DNA of 64,000 nucleotides from Porticoccaceae bacterium (lineage in GTDB: Bacteria; Pseudomonadota; Gammaproteobacteria; Pseudomonadales; Porticoccaceae). Each line of letters starts with the position of its first letter. Positions within the stretch are counted from its first letter, which is position 1. The stretch spans positions 30,235 to 94,234 of the forward strand of contig CAXRJI010000034.1 of the NCBI GenBank assembly GCA_964231105.1, written 5' to 3'. The position numbers were made by a program, and so were the translations under genes. Shown piece after piece: positions 26,698 to 41,851 of the stretch. The notes below the pieces were generated by a model. The model worked only from the letters and a program-made list of their open reading frames with translations. It had not been told where the DNA came from and did no database searches.

Positions 26698-29600
26698 CTA
26701 ACTCTCAGATTCAGTGAGTTCAGGCTGAGCAGATTTTATTCCTAGACGGCTGGCAATAGCTCCGGGCAATACTAGTAAAGCCGGTGTCAGTAGAAGGGTC
26801 ATCACGGTGGACAGCAGTAATCCATTGACCACTGCACTTGCCATAGGCTGCCACCATCCCACCACCATGCTGCCATATTCAATTTTGCGGTTGACTATAT
26901 CAACACTGTAACCTGATGCTAACGGCAACAATCCCACTACCGTGGTCACAGTTGTTAACATAACCGGTCTAAAGCGTGATTGTGCGGCTCTAAAAGCAGC
27001 CTCCGCTGTTGTTATATCGCTTTGACTGCGCCGGATAAAGTTGTAACTATCAATCAAAACAATATTGTTATTGACCACAATACCTGCGAGGGCCACGATA
27101 CCCACGCCAGTCAAAATGGTGCTAAATACTGATTGGGTGATTAAAAGTCCAAGTAAAACACCAGCGGTTGAGACGACCACTGAAAATAGGATAATTAAAG
27201 CCTGATAATAACTATTAAATTGCGCAACTAGCAAAATTAGCATTAACCCCATGGCCAAAAGGAATGCTGTTGATAGGAACTCAGCTGACTCAGCCTGCTC
27301 TTCGTTAGCCCCTCTAAATTGAATAGCCACCGAGGGATCCAGAGGCTGGGTTTCCAGCCATTGAGTTATCTGTTTAACTTGATTATCGGTAACATAGCCA
27401 TCTTGCGAATTAGCAAATATAAATGTCGTTTCGATCATGTCTATGCGCTGTATGGTATCTACGCGAGGTTTGGCCAGACGCTCGCTAAAACTGCCCACCG
27501 GCACTGGGCCGTTAAAGGTATTTACCTTCAGGGTATCCAATGACTGCAATGTTCGATATTCAGCGGGATAGCGAACACGAATTTCCAATTCTTTGTCAGC
27601 ATCATCTGGACGGTATTCGCCAATCATCATGCCATTGGTAACCAATTGTACCATTTGGCCTAGGGTTACCACGTTAACGCCCAGAGTTGCAGCCTGAGCA
27701 CGGTCTATGGCCATCTCCCACTCGATACCAGCCAAGGGGAGCGTATCTTCAATATCTCTTATACCAACAATATTTTGCCGCATCCAATCACGTATCATGA
27801 CAACAGTACTTTCTCTTGCTTGCCTGTTATTCGATGAAACCTGTATCTGGATATCCTTACCTACTGGCGGCCCCTCTTGAAGTGCATCGGCAATAATGTA
27901 CACCCCCGGAATATCACTGGTTATTTCCCTAATTTCAGTAAATATTTCCGTACTACTTTTATCCCGTTGCGCGCGCGGCGTTAGCTCAACCAAAATCAGA
28001 CTAATTTGATCACGACTGGCATCCATCTGCCCGACTAGCTGACCTCCTTGGCTGGAAGCGTAGACTTGATTTATGCCTTCAAGTGAAGAGAACTTTTGTT
28101 CTACTTTTGCAGTAATCTCTCTCTGCTCTTCAATGGACAAATTACCTTGGGCACGAACCACAACCGAACCAAAACGATTTTCAAGTACAGGTATAAACTC
28201 CATACCTGCACCAAAGCTACCATAGCCCTTAAAGACCAAGACAAGCAATAATAGAACCAAGCCTGCAACTTTAAGGGGCTTATCAATGGCGGGCCGCAAT
28301 AGTTTTAGATAAAAATCTAATAGTGGCTGAAACAGGGTTGATGCAGAAATCTCAGATTTTTCATTTTCATCTTGTGAATTTTTTACTGCTGCCTTGCGCG
28401 ATAAAGTAATACCTAGAATAGGCGCAAAAATCAGTGCATAGACCAATGACCAAGCCAGTACTGAAAATACGGTAACTGGCAGGTAAAACATAAAACTTCC
28501 GGAAACACCGGGCCAAAATAACATGGGTAAAAATGCCGCAAGGGTTGTTGCAATGGAGGCAATAACTGGTATACGCATACGTCTTACAGCCAGTAAATAG
28601 GCCTCCCGTGCGGATAGGCCTTGGGCTATATTAGTATTGGCGAATTCTACAATTACAATGGAGCCATCAATTAACATCCCCAAAGCAAGAAGTAGCCCAA
28701 ACATAACCATAAAATTGAGACTGGCACCCATCAGGTTAACAATAATCATCGCGCCAATTAGGCTAAATGGGATACCAAAGCCAACTAGTAGGCCGGAGCG
28801 AGTTCCCAGAGTCGCAACAACTAGCACCAGCACCAAAGCCATGGCAGTGAGAATATTTCCCATCAACTCATCAACCATATTCTGGGCATACTCGGAGCTA
28901 TCCATCATAAAATTGATATTGATATCCCGTGAAAATTGATCGCGATACAGGTCAACCAACTCGCGCACTGCCGCCACAGTCTCAATGGAGTTTGCGTCCA
29001 GGCGTTTGCGCACACTAACAGCAATAGCGGGCTCACCATTAATGGTGCTAAATTGGGTTGGATCTTTGAAAGTACGTCTTACTGAGGCCACATCATTAAG
29101 AGTTATTGCACCTTGGCTATTGGTGCGAATAGGTAATTCCCGAATATCATCAATAGTCTCAATTAAGGCCGGCACCTTGACCCCAAAACGGCCCTCGGCA
29201 GTATCCATTTCTCCCGCGGGTATCAGAAGATTGTTGGTGGCAACAAGATTAACTAATTCATCAGCAGTGATATTGTGAAAGTCGAGCTTGGAAGGCTCTA
29301 AAATAACTTCCGCTACCTCATCACGTTGCCCAGAAATATCAGCCTCAAGCACATCAGCTAGACCTTCAAATTTTCGCTGAAAAAACTTAGCTGCTTTATA
29401 GAGATCTCTTTCACCAACGCGCTCACCAGAAAATGTCACGACTATATCGGGCTGAGGGCTGGGAGTAAGCTGTTTAACAATAGGCTCTTTGGTTTCGTAG
29501 GGAAATTCTGCCTTGGCTCGATCGACAGCCTCACGCACATCGGCTATAACTTTGTCCACATCCAAATCAATATCAAACTCGACAAACACATAGACCACAC

Positions 29601-29859
29601 TTTCGCGGGCGTTAGCAGTAAGTTGCTCAAGACCATCCAGTGTTTTAAGTTCTTTTTCGATTGGCCGAACTAGCAGTCGGGTACCATCTTCTGGTGAGAT
29701 CCCATCATGGCGAACCGTAATTACCACAGCTGGCACCGTAACATTGGGATTTAATTCAACCGGCATATTGGCTTGCGACATCATGCCCGCAATTAATACC
29801 AGTGCCATCAATGATAATGAGGCACGGGATCGGTCGACAAAGGTTCTGAGAAGGCTCAT
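26698..29859 (-). CDS. RND efflux permease (AcrB/AcrD/AcrF family)
   Basis: 1053 aa, 12-TM pattern; GMLIDGSIVIVE (TM4), LVAQFNS, RFRPVMLTTVTT. Confidence 0.92.
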   Translation of the reverse strand: MSLLRTFVDRSRASLSLMALVLIAGMMSQANMPVELNPNVTVPAVVITVRHDGISPEDGTRLLVRPIEKELKTLDGLEQLTANARESVVYVFVEFDIDLDVDKVIADVREAVDRAKAEFPYETKEPIVKQLTPSPQPDIVVTFSGERVGERDLYKAAKFFQRKFEGLADVLEADISGQRDEVAEVILEPSKLDFHNITADELVNLVATNNLLIPAGEMDTAEGRFGVKVPALIETIDDIRELPIRTNSQGAITLNDVASVRRTFKDPTQFSTINGEPAIAVSVRKRLDANSIETVAAVRELVDLYRDQFSRDININFMMDSSEYAQNMVDELMGNILTAMALVLVLVVATLGTRSGLLVGFGIPFSLIGAMIIVNLMGASLNFMVMFGLLLALGMLIDGSIVIVEFANTNIAQGLSAREAYLLAVRRMRIPVIASIATTLAAFLPMLFWPGVSGSFMFYLPVTVFSVLAWSLVYALIFAPILGITLSRKAAVKNSQDENEKSEISASTLFQPLLDFYLKLLRPAIDKPLKVAGLVLLLLVLVFKGYGSFGAGMEFIPVLENRFGSVVVRAQGNLSIEEQREITAKVEQKFSSLEGINQVYASSQGGQLVGQMDASRDQISLILVELTPRAQRDKSSTEIFTEIREITSDIPGVYIIADALQEGPPVGKDIQIQVSSNNRQARESTVVMIRDWMRQNIVGIRDIEDTLPLAGIEWEMAIDRAQAATLGVNVVTLGQMVQLVTNGMMIGEYRPDDADKELEIRVRYPAEYRTLQSLDTLKVNTFNGPVPVGSFSERLAKPRVDTIQRIDMIETTFIFANSQDGYVTDNQVKQITQWLETQPLDPSVAIQFRGANEEQAESAEFLSTAFLLAMGLMLILLVAQFNSYYQALIILFSVVVSTAGVLLGLLITQSVFSTILTGVGIVALAGIVVNNNIVLIDSYNFIRRSQSDITTAEAAFRAAQSRFRPVMLTTVTTVVGLLPLASGYSVDIVNRKIEYGSMVVGWWQPMASAVVNGLLLSTVMTLLLTPALLVLPGAIASRLGIKSAQPELTESES

Positions 29860-29872
29860 GGTAATTTAATTC

Positions 29873-31000
29873 TTATTGAGTTGCAGAGGGGGAGAACACC
29901 TCTACCAACTCCCCATCGGAAACGTAACTCTGCCCCACCGTAATAAGGGTTACGCTTTCAGGCAAACCCTGCACCCAGATACCCTGCTCTGTCTCTCCAA
30001 CCATAGTAACGGCAATTTCACTGACCCGGTCGTTTTCATCAACCGCCCGTACTGTTGGCTCACCATTGGCGTCTAGAACAATAAAACTGGCAGATATTAA
30101 ATGTGCTTTGACAGCAGGCTGTTTAATTTTTAGGCGTCCAGACATACCGGCACGCAGGGTAAAATCTGTGTTGGGTACGGTTGCCTCAATTCGATAACTA
30201 CGTGTTTTGGCGTCGGCTTCATGGGCAATATAGGTAATTGTTGAGGCTACATCACCGTGGGTAAAGAATTCAGCCACGCCCTGATCACCAAGTTGCAACT
30301 TAGCAACATCCACCTCTGACACTTGGGCTATTATTTTGATAGGGTCCAACTCAAGCAATCTCGCACACAGTTGTCCTGTTGAAATAAAGTCCCCTACTTC
30401 AACTGGTCTGGCCTCAACAATGCCATCAAACGGTGCTTTTACACTGAGGTTATTTAGATCAATTTGACTTTGTTTAAGACTAAGCTTAGCACTTTGTAAA
30501 TTGGCATTGGCCTCGGCAATAGCAAATTCTGACTGATAGCCTGCTGTTTTCAGTTGCTGTGCTCCGCGATAGGCAATTTGTGCCTGCTGTAGTTGAGCTG
30601 CAGCGCGATCTACCCTTAACTTCCGGTCCTTAGGTTCAATGACGCAGACAGGTTGCCCCTGCTCAACCTTGGATCCACGGCGCCCAGGCACTGCCATTAA
30701 TTGGCCCGTAACCTGTGCTTTTAATTCAACAACGCGATAGGGCTCAGTGCGTGACTGAAGAGATAATTCAGGGATAAATTCTCGTTGCTGGTACTGACTG
30801 GCTTGAACTTTGGTCAAGGTAACCTGCGAGGTCTCAATACTATCTTTTGCAGCAGAATTTATAAAAAGACCACTTAGAAGCCACAGGACAATCAGCGAGG
30901 AAATAACAAGGGCAATTCTAATATTAGGGTTCACAAGTAATGCCTCTGTAACAAGATATCTCTCCTTAAATTTATTTATGTTGCGGTACGTCTTGTGCAA
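29873..31000 (-). CDS. RND periplasmic adaptor (membrane fusion protein)
   Basis: Lipoyl-like halves, coiled-coil hairpin, VKAPFDGIV, LRAGMS; start probably near GTG 30934. Confidence 0.88.
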   Translation of the reverse strand: MHKTYRNINKFKERYLVTEALLVNPNIRIALVISSLIVLWLLSGLFINSAAKDSIETSQVTLTKVQASQYQQREFIPELSLQSRTEPYRVVELKAQVTGQLMAVPGRRGSKVEQGQPVCVIEPKDRKLRVDRAAAQLQQAQIAYRGAQQLKTAGYQSEFAIAEANANLQSAKLSLKQSQIDLNNLSVKAPFDGIVEARPVEVGDFISTGQLCARLLELDPIKIIAQVSEVDVAKLQLGDQGVAEFFTHGDVASTITYIAHEADAKTRSYRIEATVPNTDFTLRAGMSGRLKIKQPAVKAHLISASFIVLDANGEPTVRAVDENDRVSEIAVTMVGETEQGIWVQGLPESVTLITVGQSYVSDGELVEVFSPSATQ

Positions 31001-31212
31001 CGCACTAGTTTACTGTTTTTTGGGTATTTCGACAGTTAAAACATAGACCCTTAATGGTTATTTAACCTATGGCAACCAATAGGGATCCATCGCAGCTTAC
31101 CTCGCTACATAAAATATAAGCGTTTGGGTACAGTTTATTATAGGTATAGTAATATAAGTTATTAAACAACTGAGCGCTTTTTAATTACGGCTCTAGTTTA
31201 TTTTTAGACGCT

Positions 31213-31221
31213 TGGTATAAT
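31213..31221 (+). promoter_or_regulatory. Extended -10 promoter of ppa
   Basis: TGGTATAAT (TGnTATAAT), 37 bp upstream of the ppa ATG. Confidence 0.65.
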
Positions 31222-31258
31222 CGCCCATCTTTTTAATGTAACTCAATGGATCCTATCA

Positions 31259-31789
31259 ATGAGCTTTAGTGATATACCTGCAGGCAATGATCTGCCCAAT
31301 GATATTAATGTAATTATAGAAATACCGGCTAACCACGACCCTATCAAATACGAAGTGGATAAAGATAGCGATGCTATTTTCGTTGATCGCTTTGTGGCTA
31401 CGCCAATGTTCTATCCTGCAAACTATGGCTATGTTCCGCAAACTCTATCAGAGGACGGCGATCCACTGGATGTTTTAGTGGTTACACCCTACCCAGTTAT
31501 GCCTGGTTCTGTAATTCGTAGTCGTGTTATTGGCGTACTTAACATGAGTGACGAGTCTGGTGTAGATGCTAAACTCTTGGCGGTACCCCACAGCAAACTG
31601 ACTAAACTCTATGATCATGTAAACGAAATCTCTGACCTTGACGAATTACTGGTTAAGCAAATTGTTCACTATTTTGAAAACTACAAGGCATTGGAGCCCG
31701 GCAAGTGGGTTAAGGTAGACGGCTGGGATAATGCTGAGGCAGCTAGAGCTGAGGTGACGGCATCAAGAAATCGCTACACTGCTGAATAA
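31259..31789 (+). CDS. ppa: Inorganic pyrophosphatase (family I)
   Basis: [43 protein letters not shown]. Confidence 0.97.
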   Translation: MSFSDIPAGNDLPNDINVIIEIPANHDPIKYEVDKDSDAIFVDRFVATPMFYPANYGYVPQTLSEDGDPLDVLVVTPYPVMPGSVIRSRVIGVLNMSDESGVDAKLLAVPHSKLTKLYDHVNEISDLDELLVKQIVHYFENYKALEPGKWVKVDGWDNAEAARAEVTASRNRYTAE

Positions 31790-31869
31790 TGGTCAGCCTG
31801 AAGGGCGTCATTGATATATTTATAAACACCTTATCTATAGATTTTTTTGTATAACCTTTTTATGTATCT

Positions 31870-31898
31870 ACAAGAGCAGATTGAAAGACTGCTCTTGT
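31870..31898. terminator. Hairpin between convergent ppa and rpoS
   Basis: ACAAGAGCAG-attgaaaga-CTGCTCTTGT, 10-bp stem. Confidence 0.55.
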
Positions 31899-31916
31899 CC
31901 TCTTGTCTATGGCGTC

Positions 31917-32819
31917 CTACAAATAATCTTCATCAATATCAGAAAACATTAGCTCCCGAGATAGCCCATTTTGCTTAAGCATTGAGCGCAACCGCTTTAG
32001 ACCATCAATTTGGATCTGTCTTACTCTTTCACGTGTTAAGCCAACCTCACGACCTACTTGATCAAGCGTCTCTTGCTGGTGATCCATCAGGCCAAATCTG
32101 CGAATCAAAACCTCCTTTTGTTTTTCTGGCAGTTCATTGATCCACAGCGCTAGCTTACCGGAGAGATTATCATCACTCACCAGCCGCTCTGGGCTATTAG
32201 TTTGATAATCTGGAATAGTATCTTTTAAAGACTTATCACTTTCACCCACCGAGACATCTAAAGAGCAAATTCTATCATTGAGTTCCAGCATCTTGCTGAC
32301 TGTTTCTACAGGCTTATCAACCAGTTTAGCCACGTCCTCAGAATTCGGCATATGATCCAAATTTTGAGCTAGCTTCCTGGCCGCACGTTTGTAGGTATTG
32401 AGCTCTTTTACCACATGAACAGGTAACCTGATGGTTCGGGTCTGATTCATCAAGGCGCGTTCGATAGTCTGCCTAATCCACCAAGTGGCGTAAGTAGAAA
32501 AACGGAAGCCGCGATGCGGATCAAATTTCTCAACCGCTCTCATCAGCCCAAGGTTACCCTCTTCAACTAAATCTAACAGGTCGAGACCACGATTAATGTA
32601 GCAACGCGCAATTTTGACAACTAAACGCAGGTTGCTCTCAATCATCTTAAGTCGGGCAGTATTATCACCTTGACGCAAACGGATAGAGTAAGAAACTTCC
32701 TCTTCGGCAGATAAAAGGGGTGAATAACCAATTTCCTTCAGATAGAGACTGGTTGCATCTAATGTTTGAGAACTAGATTTGGAATCAAGATTTTTGTTAA
32801 CTACAGACAGTTCTTCCAT
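31917..32819 (-). CDS. rpoS: RNA polymerase sigma factor RpoS
   Basis: [82 protein letters not shown]; follows nlpD; start 32819 or 32855. Confidence 0.92.
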   Translation of the reverse strand: MEELSVVNKNLDSKSSSQTLDATSLYLKEIGYSPLLSAEEEVSYSIRLRQGDNTARLKMIESNLRLVVKIARCYINRGLDLLDLVEEGNLGLMRAVEKFDPHRGFRFSTYATWWIRQTIERALMNQTRTIRLPVHVVKELNTYKRAARKLAQNLDHMPNSEDVAKLVDKPVETVSKMLELNDRICSLDVSVGESDKSLKDTIPDYQTNSPERLVSDDNLSGKLALWINELPEKQKEVLIRRFGLMDHQQETLDQVGREVGLTRERVRQIQIDGLKRLRSMLKQNGLSRELMFSDIDEDYL

Positions 32820-32938
32820 GATCTTTGCAACTCCTTTGCAATTTCCTTGGCACACTTGCCGGTATTTGAGCGTAGGTTTCAGAGACTACTGAAACAGTAT
32901 CTAGATCTAGGTTAAATTGACAAGGTTATGTATAACGG

Positions 32939-33688
32939 TCAATTTAAATAACGCTCAGGATTTACCGGTTTGCCATCTTTACGTATTTCAAAATACAACC
33001 GACCACTGGAACCTAGTGTGGAGATAAAATCTCCATTTTTTACCGTCTGCCCCTCACTAACAAGGATGGTTTGATTGTGGCCGTATGCACTGAGTAAATC
33101 ACTCGTGTGTTTGATAATAACCAGTTTCCCATAATCACGCAAACCGTCACCAGCATAAACAACCTCCCCACTGGCAACAGGACGAACTGAAGCACCACCT
33201 TTTGACTCTAGAGTTATTCCTTTGCGCAGTTCTTTCGGATTAAAGTCTTCAACTACCTTTCCCTGCACCGGGGACTGCCAAGCTAGGGCGCCACCTGCAA
33301 CTGCAGGTGAGGATGAAGGTTTTGTATCAGTCTCTTTTTGGGATGGCTTTTTAACCATTGTAATTATTTTTCGGCCCACTGTTTGAGCGCCTTGGCTAAT
33401 TTTTTGAACTGTTGAGTAGGGTTGATTTTGAGGCTCAGATTGAGGATCGAGATGCAAAATTTGTCCCTGCTTAATTATGTAGGGTTGATTGAGCTCATTA
33501 ATATCAGCAAGTACATCAACTGTTAAATCATAGCGCCATGCAATTGAATAAAGGGTATCACCCTGCTCCACCTGATGTGTTGTTATTTTGATACTGGGAG
33601 GTTGCTTTAGACTTGTGATTGATGCCGGGTAGGTTGAACAGGCTTGCACGAGGATTATCATAATCATCAGCGGCAGACTTGTTCGCAT
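32939..33688 (-). CDS. nlpD: LysM/M23 lipoprotein NlpD
   Basis: Lipobox VQAC; LysM (GDTLYSIAWRY); M23 (YGKLVIIKH, SAYGHN, LYFEIR); upstream of rpoS. Confidence 0.9.
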   Translation of the reverse strand: MRTSLPLMIMIILVQACSTYPASITSLKQPPSIKITTHQVEQGDTLYSIAWRYDLTVDVLADINELNQPYIIKQGQILHLDPQSEPQNQPYSTVQKISQGAQTVGRKIITMVKKPSQKETDTKPSSSPAVAGGALAWQSPVQGKVVEDFNPKELRKGITLESKGGASVRPVASGEVVYAGDGLRDYGKLVIIKHTSDLLSAYGHNQTILVSEGQTVKNGDFISTLGSSGRLYFEIRKDGKPVNPERYLN

Positions 33689-34635
33689 TAGGCATCGACC
33701 TTTGTGTTATGTTGGATTTTCTGAGTAATAAACTCTACGCCTAGGACAATACATAAACCAGCAAAAAAAGCCAACGCACAACTGAGGGTTTGTGGGTCTT
33801 GTTGCACGATCTCTAAATAGCGATTTGGCAATAGGTTTTCAGAGGCTAAAACCAGTGTTTTACCTGAGGCACTCAGTACCGATTCAGTCACATGTCTCCA
33901 GGGCCAAATGATCTCCAAACTAGCCACTAGAAATCCGCACATGGTGGCGATCACCCAGGTTTCATAGTGCGCTAACAGCCAAGATAGTAGGCGGCTAAAC
34001 AACATTAAACCTATCAGTCCACCGAGGCTAAAGGCACTCAGAATATCCAGCTGTACATTGACGAGAGCGTCAATAAAAACCGGATATAACCCCAGTAAAA
34101 CAAGTATAAATGAACCTGAGATACCCGGAAGAATCATAGCGCAGAGGGCAATGCTACCTGCAAAAAACATGCTCAGAACAGTACCCTCAATTATCACTGC
34201 AGGGGCACTTGAGATACAGTAAGCAATAAATAATCCAAGACAGAAGAATGCCCAGTTAGATAAACGACTCAGAGGATAACGGCGCAACATAAAGATAACC
34301 GAAGCGACAATAAGACCTATAAAGAATGACCATAGGGGCAGTGGATAATGAGTTAAAAAGAACTTCATCACCCCTGCAAGGGAAAATAAGCTGACAAATA
34401 TCCCCGAAATCAGAACCAGTAGAAAACTTCCATTGATATGCTGCCACGCGGCGTAAATCCCTTTTTTTCTTAGAATCCTAAGCGCTTCTAAATTAAATGA
34501 CTTGATACTATTTACCAATTCGACATAGATGCCAGTGATAAATGCAATGGTTCCTGCTGAAACACCAGGCACCAAGTCAACCGCTCCCATAATGAGACCA
34601 CGCAAAAATAATAACAGAGGACTTTTCATTAACAC
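33688..34635 (-). CDS. DUF368 membrane protein (undecaprenyl-phosphate translocase family)
   Basis: Duplicated motifs PGVSAGTIAFITGIY and MILPGISGSFILVLLG.Y. Confidence 0.88.
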   Translation of the reverse strand: MLMKSPLLLFLRGLIMGAVDLVPGVSAGTIAFITGIYVELVNSIKSFNLEALRILRKKGIYAAWQHINGSFLLVLISGIFVSLFSLAGVMKFFLTHYPLPLWSFFIGLIVASVIFMLRRYPLSRLSNWAFFCLGLFIAYCISSAPAVIIEGTVLSMFFAGSIALCAMILPGISGSFILVLLGLYPVFIDALVNVQLDILSAFSLGGLIGLMLFSRLLSWLLAHYETWVIATMCGFLVASLEIIWPWRHVTESVLSASGKTLVLASENLLPNRYLEIVQQDPQTLSCALAFFAGLCIVLGVEFITQKIQHNTKVDA

Positions 34636-34649
34636 CTAGCTAAATATGT

Positions 34650-35327
34650 TTAATTTGCCTGTGAGACACCCCCTAACAGGGGGACAAATTTTACTTTTTC
34701 GATAACCTGTTCTTCAAATTTGTTGCTATCTTCCATTCTTTTAACAACCCGCAATTCTTGAGAAGCACCATTACCCACAGGAATTACCAACAACCCGTTG
34801 GGCGCTAACTGAACAAGTAATTGCTGCGGTATCTTATGCGGGGCGGCAGTGGAAATAATACCATTGTAAGGCGCATATTCCTGTAGGCCTAGAGTGCCAT
34901 CAGAGAGCCTTGCGGTAATATTATTAAGACATAACTTGCGAAAGCGCTCCTTGGCTTGTTTCAACAGAGCTTCTATTCTCTCCACAGAGATCACTTCTGA
35001 AACCAACTGGGATAAAACCGTTGTCTGATAACCTGATCCAGTACCAATCTCAAGGGCTCGATGAATGGGTCCCTCACTGAGCAGGATTTCTGTCATACGC
35101 GCCACGATATAGGGTTGAGACAAAGTCTGTGAAAAGCCAATAGGAAGAGCGGTGTCCTCATAGGCTCTGTGGGATAGCGCCTCATCCACAAACAGGTGAC
35201 GAGGGGTACTTCTTATAACATCTAGCACAGATTGATTAGTTATGCCCTGATCTTGCAGGCGCTGTATTAGACGCTCTCTAGTGCGCTGGGATGTCATACC
35301 AATACCAGCTAAGTCATTCGATCTCAC
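34650..35327 (-). CDS. pcm: Protein-L-isoaspartate O-methyltransferase
   Basis: [46 protein letters not shown]. Confidence 0.96.
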   Translation of the reverse strand: MRSNDLAGIGMTSQRTRERLIQRLQDQGITNQSVLDVIRSTPRHLFVDEALSHRAYEDTALPIGFSQTLSQPYIVARMTEILLSEGPIHRALEIGTGSGYQTTVLSQLVSEVISVERIEALLKQAKERFRKLCLNNITARLSDGTLGLQEYAPYNGIISTAAPHKIPQQLLVQLAPNGLLVIPVGNGASQELRVVKRMEDSNKFEEQVIEKVKFVPLLGGVSQAN

Positions 35328-35387
35328 TCAATGCTCCAAATCTGCAAAACTACCTAAAGTATGCGCTAATCAAAGATGCCAAATATA

Positions 35388-36311
35388 TCATAGGGCCGTG
35401 ACTTGAGGGCGAAATAATTTGCTAATTTCACGTAAAAGCGCAGTAGCATAGGTTCCACTAGGTAAACTAAAGTTGAGTGTTAATACATCCACCTCAGCAA
35501 ATTGATACTGCATATTTTCTGCTTGCGCCAAAAAGGCTCTGCGGTCTTGCTGTAGTCCCGAGTGCTCAAGGGCATTACACCATGTTGACCAAGGCTTAAG
35601 CACTGTATTTTCTATTTCACGCATTGCTTGGCTACTAGCAGACCGACCTCTACCCCAAAGCGCGCCTGTATCTTCTGGACAAGGTTCACCTCGACGTAAA
35701 TAGCTATCTAATAGCAAATTAAAAAGCCATGAACGGGCCGCTGACAGGTATAGACCTGTGGAATGTCGATTACCCTTTAGCTTGCCCTGGCTCACTAGTT
35801 CAGCAACCTTGTGTAGGTTATTGGCCTGCCAACCAAAACGTTGCTCACCAAAATAATTAGGAAAGCCCTGGCGCTTAATTTGCTCAAGTCTCTGCGTAAC
35901 AGTCTGCTGATCTACTAAAAAATCACGCAGTACTAGGGCAAATTTATTGCCTTTATGCATGCCTCTTTTGAGTTTTTTATGATGACGATGCTTGGAGAGA
36001 ATTTCAAAATGTGGGTGCTGCAACTGATCTTGGGCAATGTCCCTACCCGGCACATGCAAACTAAACCACTGAGTAGTCACTGCAAAACGATCTTTTAGGC
36101 CACAAAAACCAACTGCATGGCGATCTATACCCGCTAAATCAGATAATAAGTTGGCAACCCACTGGGTGTTTTGATCACGTTTTTTAATATGAAGAAGGAT
36201 GTGCTCTCCCTGTTGAGAGGGCTCAAAGTCAATGATTTCGTCTACTGTGAAATCTTCAGGCTGACTGCGAAATAAGGCTTGCCCTAAGGGCTGCCCATGC
36301 ATATAGGCCAA
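35388..36311 (-). CDS. truD: tRNA pseudouridine13 synthase
   Basis: PEDF.VDE, GLKDRFAVTTQW, GN.F.L.LR, PNYFGEQRFG, LSAARS, F.LP.G.YAT; start may lie slightly upstream. Confidence 0.93.
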   Translation of the reverse strand: MAYMHGQPLGQALFRSQPEDFTVDEIIDFEPSQQGEHILLHIKKRDQNTQWVANLLSDLAGIDRHAVGFCGLKDRFAVTTQWFSLHVPGRDIAQDQLQHPHFEILSKHRHHKKLKRGMHKGNKFALVLRDFLVDQQTVTQRLEQIKRQGFPNYFGEQRFGWQANNLHKVAELVSQGKLKGNRHSTGLYLSAARSWLFNLLLDSYLRRGEPCPEDTGALWGRGRSASSQAMREIENTVLKPWSTWCNALEHSGLQQDRRAFLAQAENMQYQFAEVDVLTLNFSLPSGTYATALLREISKLFRPQVTAL

Positions 36312-36352
36312 GGCATGATAATCAAATTGTTCTTGGGTAATTGTTTTCAGCC

Positions 36353-36838
36353 TCAGCTTGGTGCTTTAGTTTTACTCAACAGAGCAACCGCATGGCAGGC
36401 TATGCCCTCACCGCGACCGATGTAACCCAATTTCTCAGTAGTGGTGGCTTTGATATTGATTGTATCTTCAGCGCACTTTAAGTCCTGCGCAAGATTGGTT
36501 CGCATCTGGGCAAGGTATGGGGCCATTTTGGGTTGCTCAGCCAAGATCGTAATGTCGGCATTACTCAACTGATAGTTTTTGGCCGCCATCATCTCTTGTA
36601 CTTTAACCAGCAATGCGCGGCTATCGCAATCTTTGTATTGAGGATCCGTATCAGGAAAATGTTGCCCAATATCTCCTAGGGCAAGTGCACCGAGAAGACT
36701 GTCTATCAGAGCATGGATAAGAACATCACCATCGGAGTGCGCCATAAATGCGTGATTAAAGGGTATAGATACCCCACCTAGGGTGAGTTGATTGCCCTCG
36801 GTAAACCCGTGCACATCATAACCATGACCTATACGCAT
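36353..36838 (-). CDS. ispF: 2-C-methyl-D-erythritol 2,4-cyclodiphosphate synthase
   Basis: [34 protein letters not shown]. Confidence 0.97.
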   Translation of the reverse strand: MRIGHGYDVHGFTEGNQLTLGGVSIPFNHAFMAHSDGDVLIHALIDSLLGALALGDIGQHFPDTDPQYKDCDSRALLVKVQEMMAAKNYQLSNADITILAEQPKMAPYLAQMRTNLAQDLKCAEDTINIKATTTEKLGYIGRGEGIACHAVALLSKTKAPS

Positions 36839-37548
36839 CCTTCAATCTCCTGATTGGCAATTATGGCTGCAGCCACTGCGAGATCCTCGCGCTTAGTGAT
36901 TTTAATATTATCTTGACGCCCCTCCACAACTAAAGCCTTATGACCACAATATTCAACGGCAGAAGCCTCATCTGTAGGGATTTTATTATCCTCTAGCATA
37001 CTCTTTATGGCCTTAAAAAGCAGACCATAGCGAAACATCTGCGGTGTCTGGGCAGCTCGAAATAAACTGCGATTGGCAGTTTCATGTATATGTTTGTTGG
37101 AATCAATCAGCTTTAGGGTGTCATTAATTGGTGCCGCTAGGATACCCCCTACCGAATGGCCAACCAGCGCAGCGATTAACTGACCTATATTTTCAGGTGT
37201 GACACAGGGTCTTGCCATATCATGAACAAGCACCCAATCATCTTCGGCGGCAAATTCTTGAATGGCCAACAAGCCATTAAGGACTGATGCAGCTCTATTA
37301 TCACCTCCACCAATTAAACGAACACGGCCATCACTGGCGGCAGGCACACGAGACCAGTAGGCGGAGCTTTCATCACAGGGAGCATAGATCGCTTCAATGA
37401 TAGATAATTTCAGTAAACGACTTAACGTATGCTGAGCAACAAGCTGGTCATCGAGCTGGTGAAATTGTTTGGGTATATCAGCTGAGAAGCGACTCCCAAC
37501 TCCAGCCGCCGGCACAATACACCAAAATTTTGGCGAAGATTGATTCAT
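36829..37548 (-). CDS. ispD: 2-C-methyl-D-erythritol 4-phosphate cytidylyltransferase
   Basis: [32 protein letters not shown]. Confidence 0.95.
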   Translation of the reverse strand: MNQSSPKFWCIVPAAGVGSRFSADIPKQFHQLDDQLVAQHTLSRLLKLSIIEAIYAPCDESSAYWSRVPAASDGRVRLIGGGDNRAASVLNGLLAIQEFAAEDDWVLVHDMARPCVTPENIGQLIAALVGHSVGGILAAPINDTLKLIDSNKHIHETANRSLFRAAQTPQMFRYGLLFKAIKSMLEDNKIPTDEASAVEYCGHKALVVEGRQDNIKITKREDLAVAAAIIANQEIEGCV

Positions 37549-37560
37549 ACAACTCTCAAC

Positions 37561-37866
37561 TCAAGGCGCGCTTTCTGGCGCCGGCAAAGACTCTGCTTTA
37601 TCAATAACTAGATAAAAGGTTTCGTTATCCTTAATCATACCTAGATCTTCTCGCGCTTTTTCTTCAATGGCATCTAAGTTATTTTTAAGACTTTCAACTT
37701 CCTTTGCTATTAGTTTATTGCGATGTTTTAGTTCCTCGTTATAAACTTGCTGCGCTGATAATTCCCGATCAAGCTGTGTCTTTTGACTAATACTCCCTTC
37801 CCCAAACCAGAGCCGAAACTGGAGTGACACAAGAATAAGGAGCAAAACAATCATTAACCAGCGCAT
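37561..37866 (-). CDS. ftsB: Cell division protein FtsB
   Basis: TM + LQFRLWFG.G, EE.AREDLGMIK..ETFY. Confidence 0.93.
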   Translation of the reverse strand: MRWLMIVLLLILVSLQFRLWFGEGSISQKTQLDRELSAQQVYNEELKHRNKLIAKEVESLKNNLDAIEEKAREDLGMIKDNETFYLVIDKAESLPAPESAP

Positions 37867-37928
37867 AGTAGTCTATTTCTATTTCTGACCTTGATCTGCA
37901 GCCATTTACTTTAACATCTATTTAAACT

Positions 37929-39215
<1,287 letters not shown>

Positions 39216-39295
39216 TTACTTGTTACTCCATAGGGTTTGGTTATTGCAAAGATTGCATCTAGGCATTGGTTTAAGTTTATCTAAAGGCTAATCCT

Positions 39296-41816
<2,521 letters not shown>

Positions 41817-41821
41817 TCACT

Positions 41822-41851
41822 TTGCATAGTCTTGCGCAGTCTTGCATAGGC
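41822..41851. repeat. 3 x 10-bp imperfect direct repeat upstream of pyrG
   Basis: TTGCATAGTC-TTGCGCAGTC-TTGCATAGGC. Confidence 0.75.

Noticed and set aside
31917-32855. Shortened RpoS N-terminus as a pseudogene sign
   Set aside because: Regions 1.2-4 are intact, and the RpoS N-terminal segment is naturally variable.
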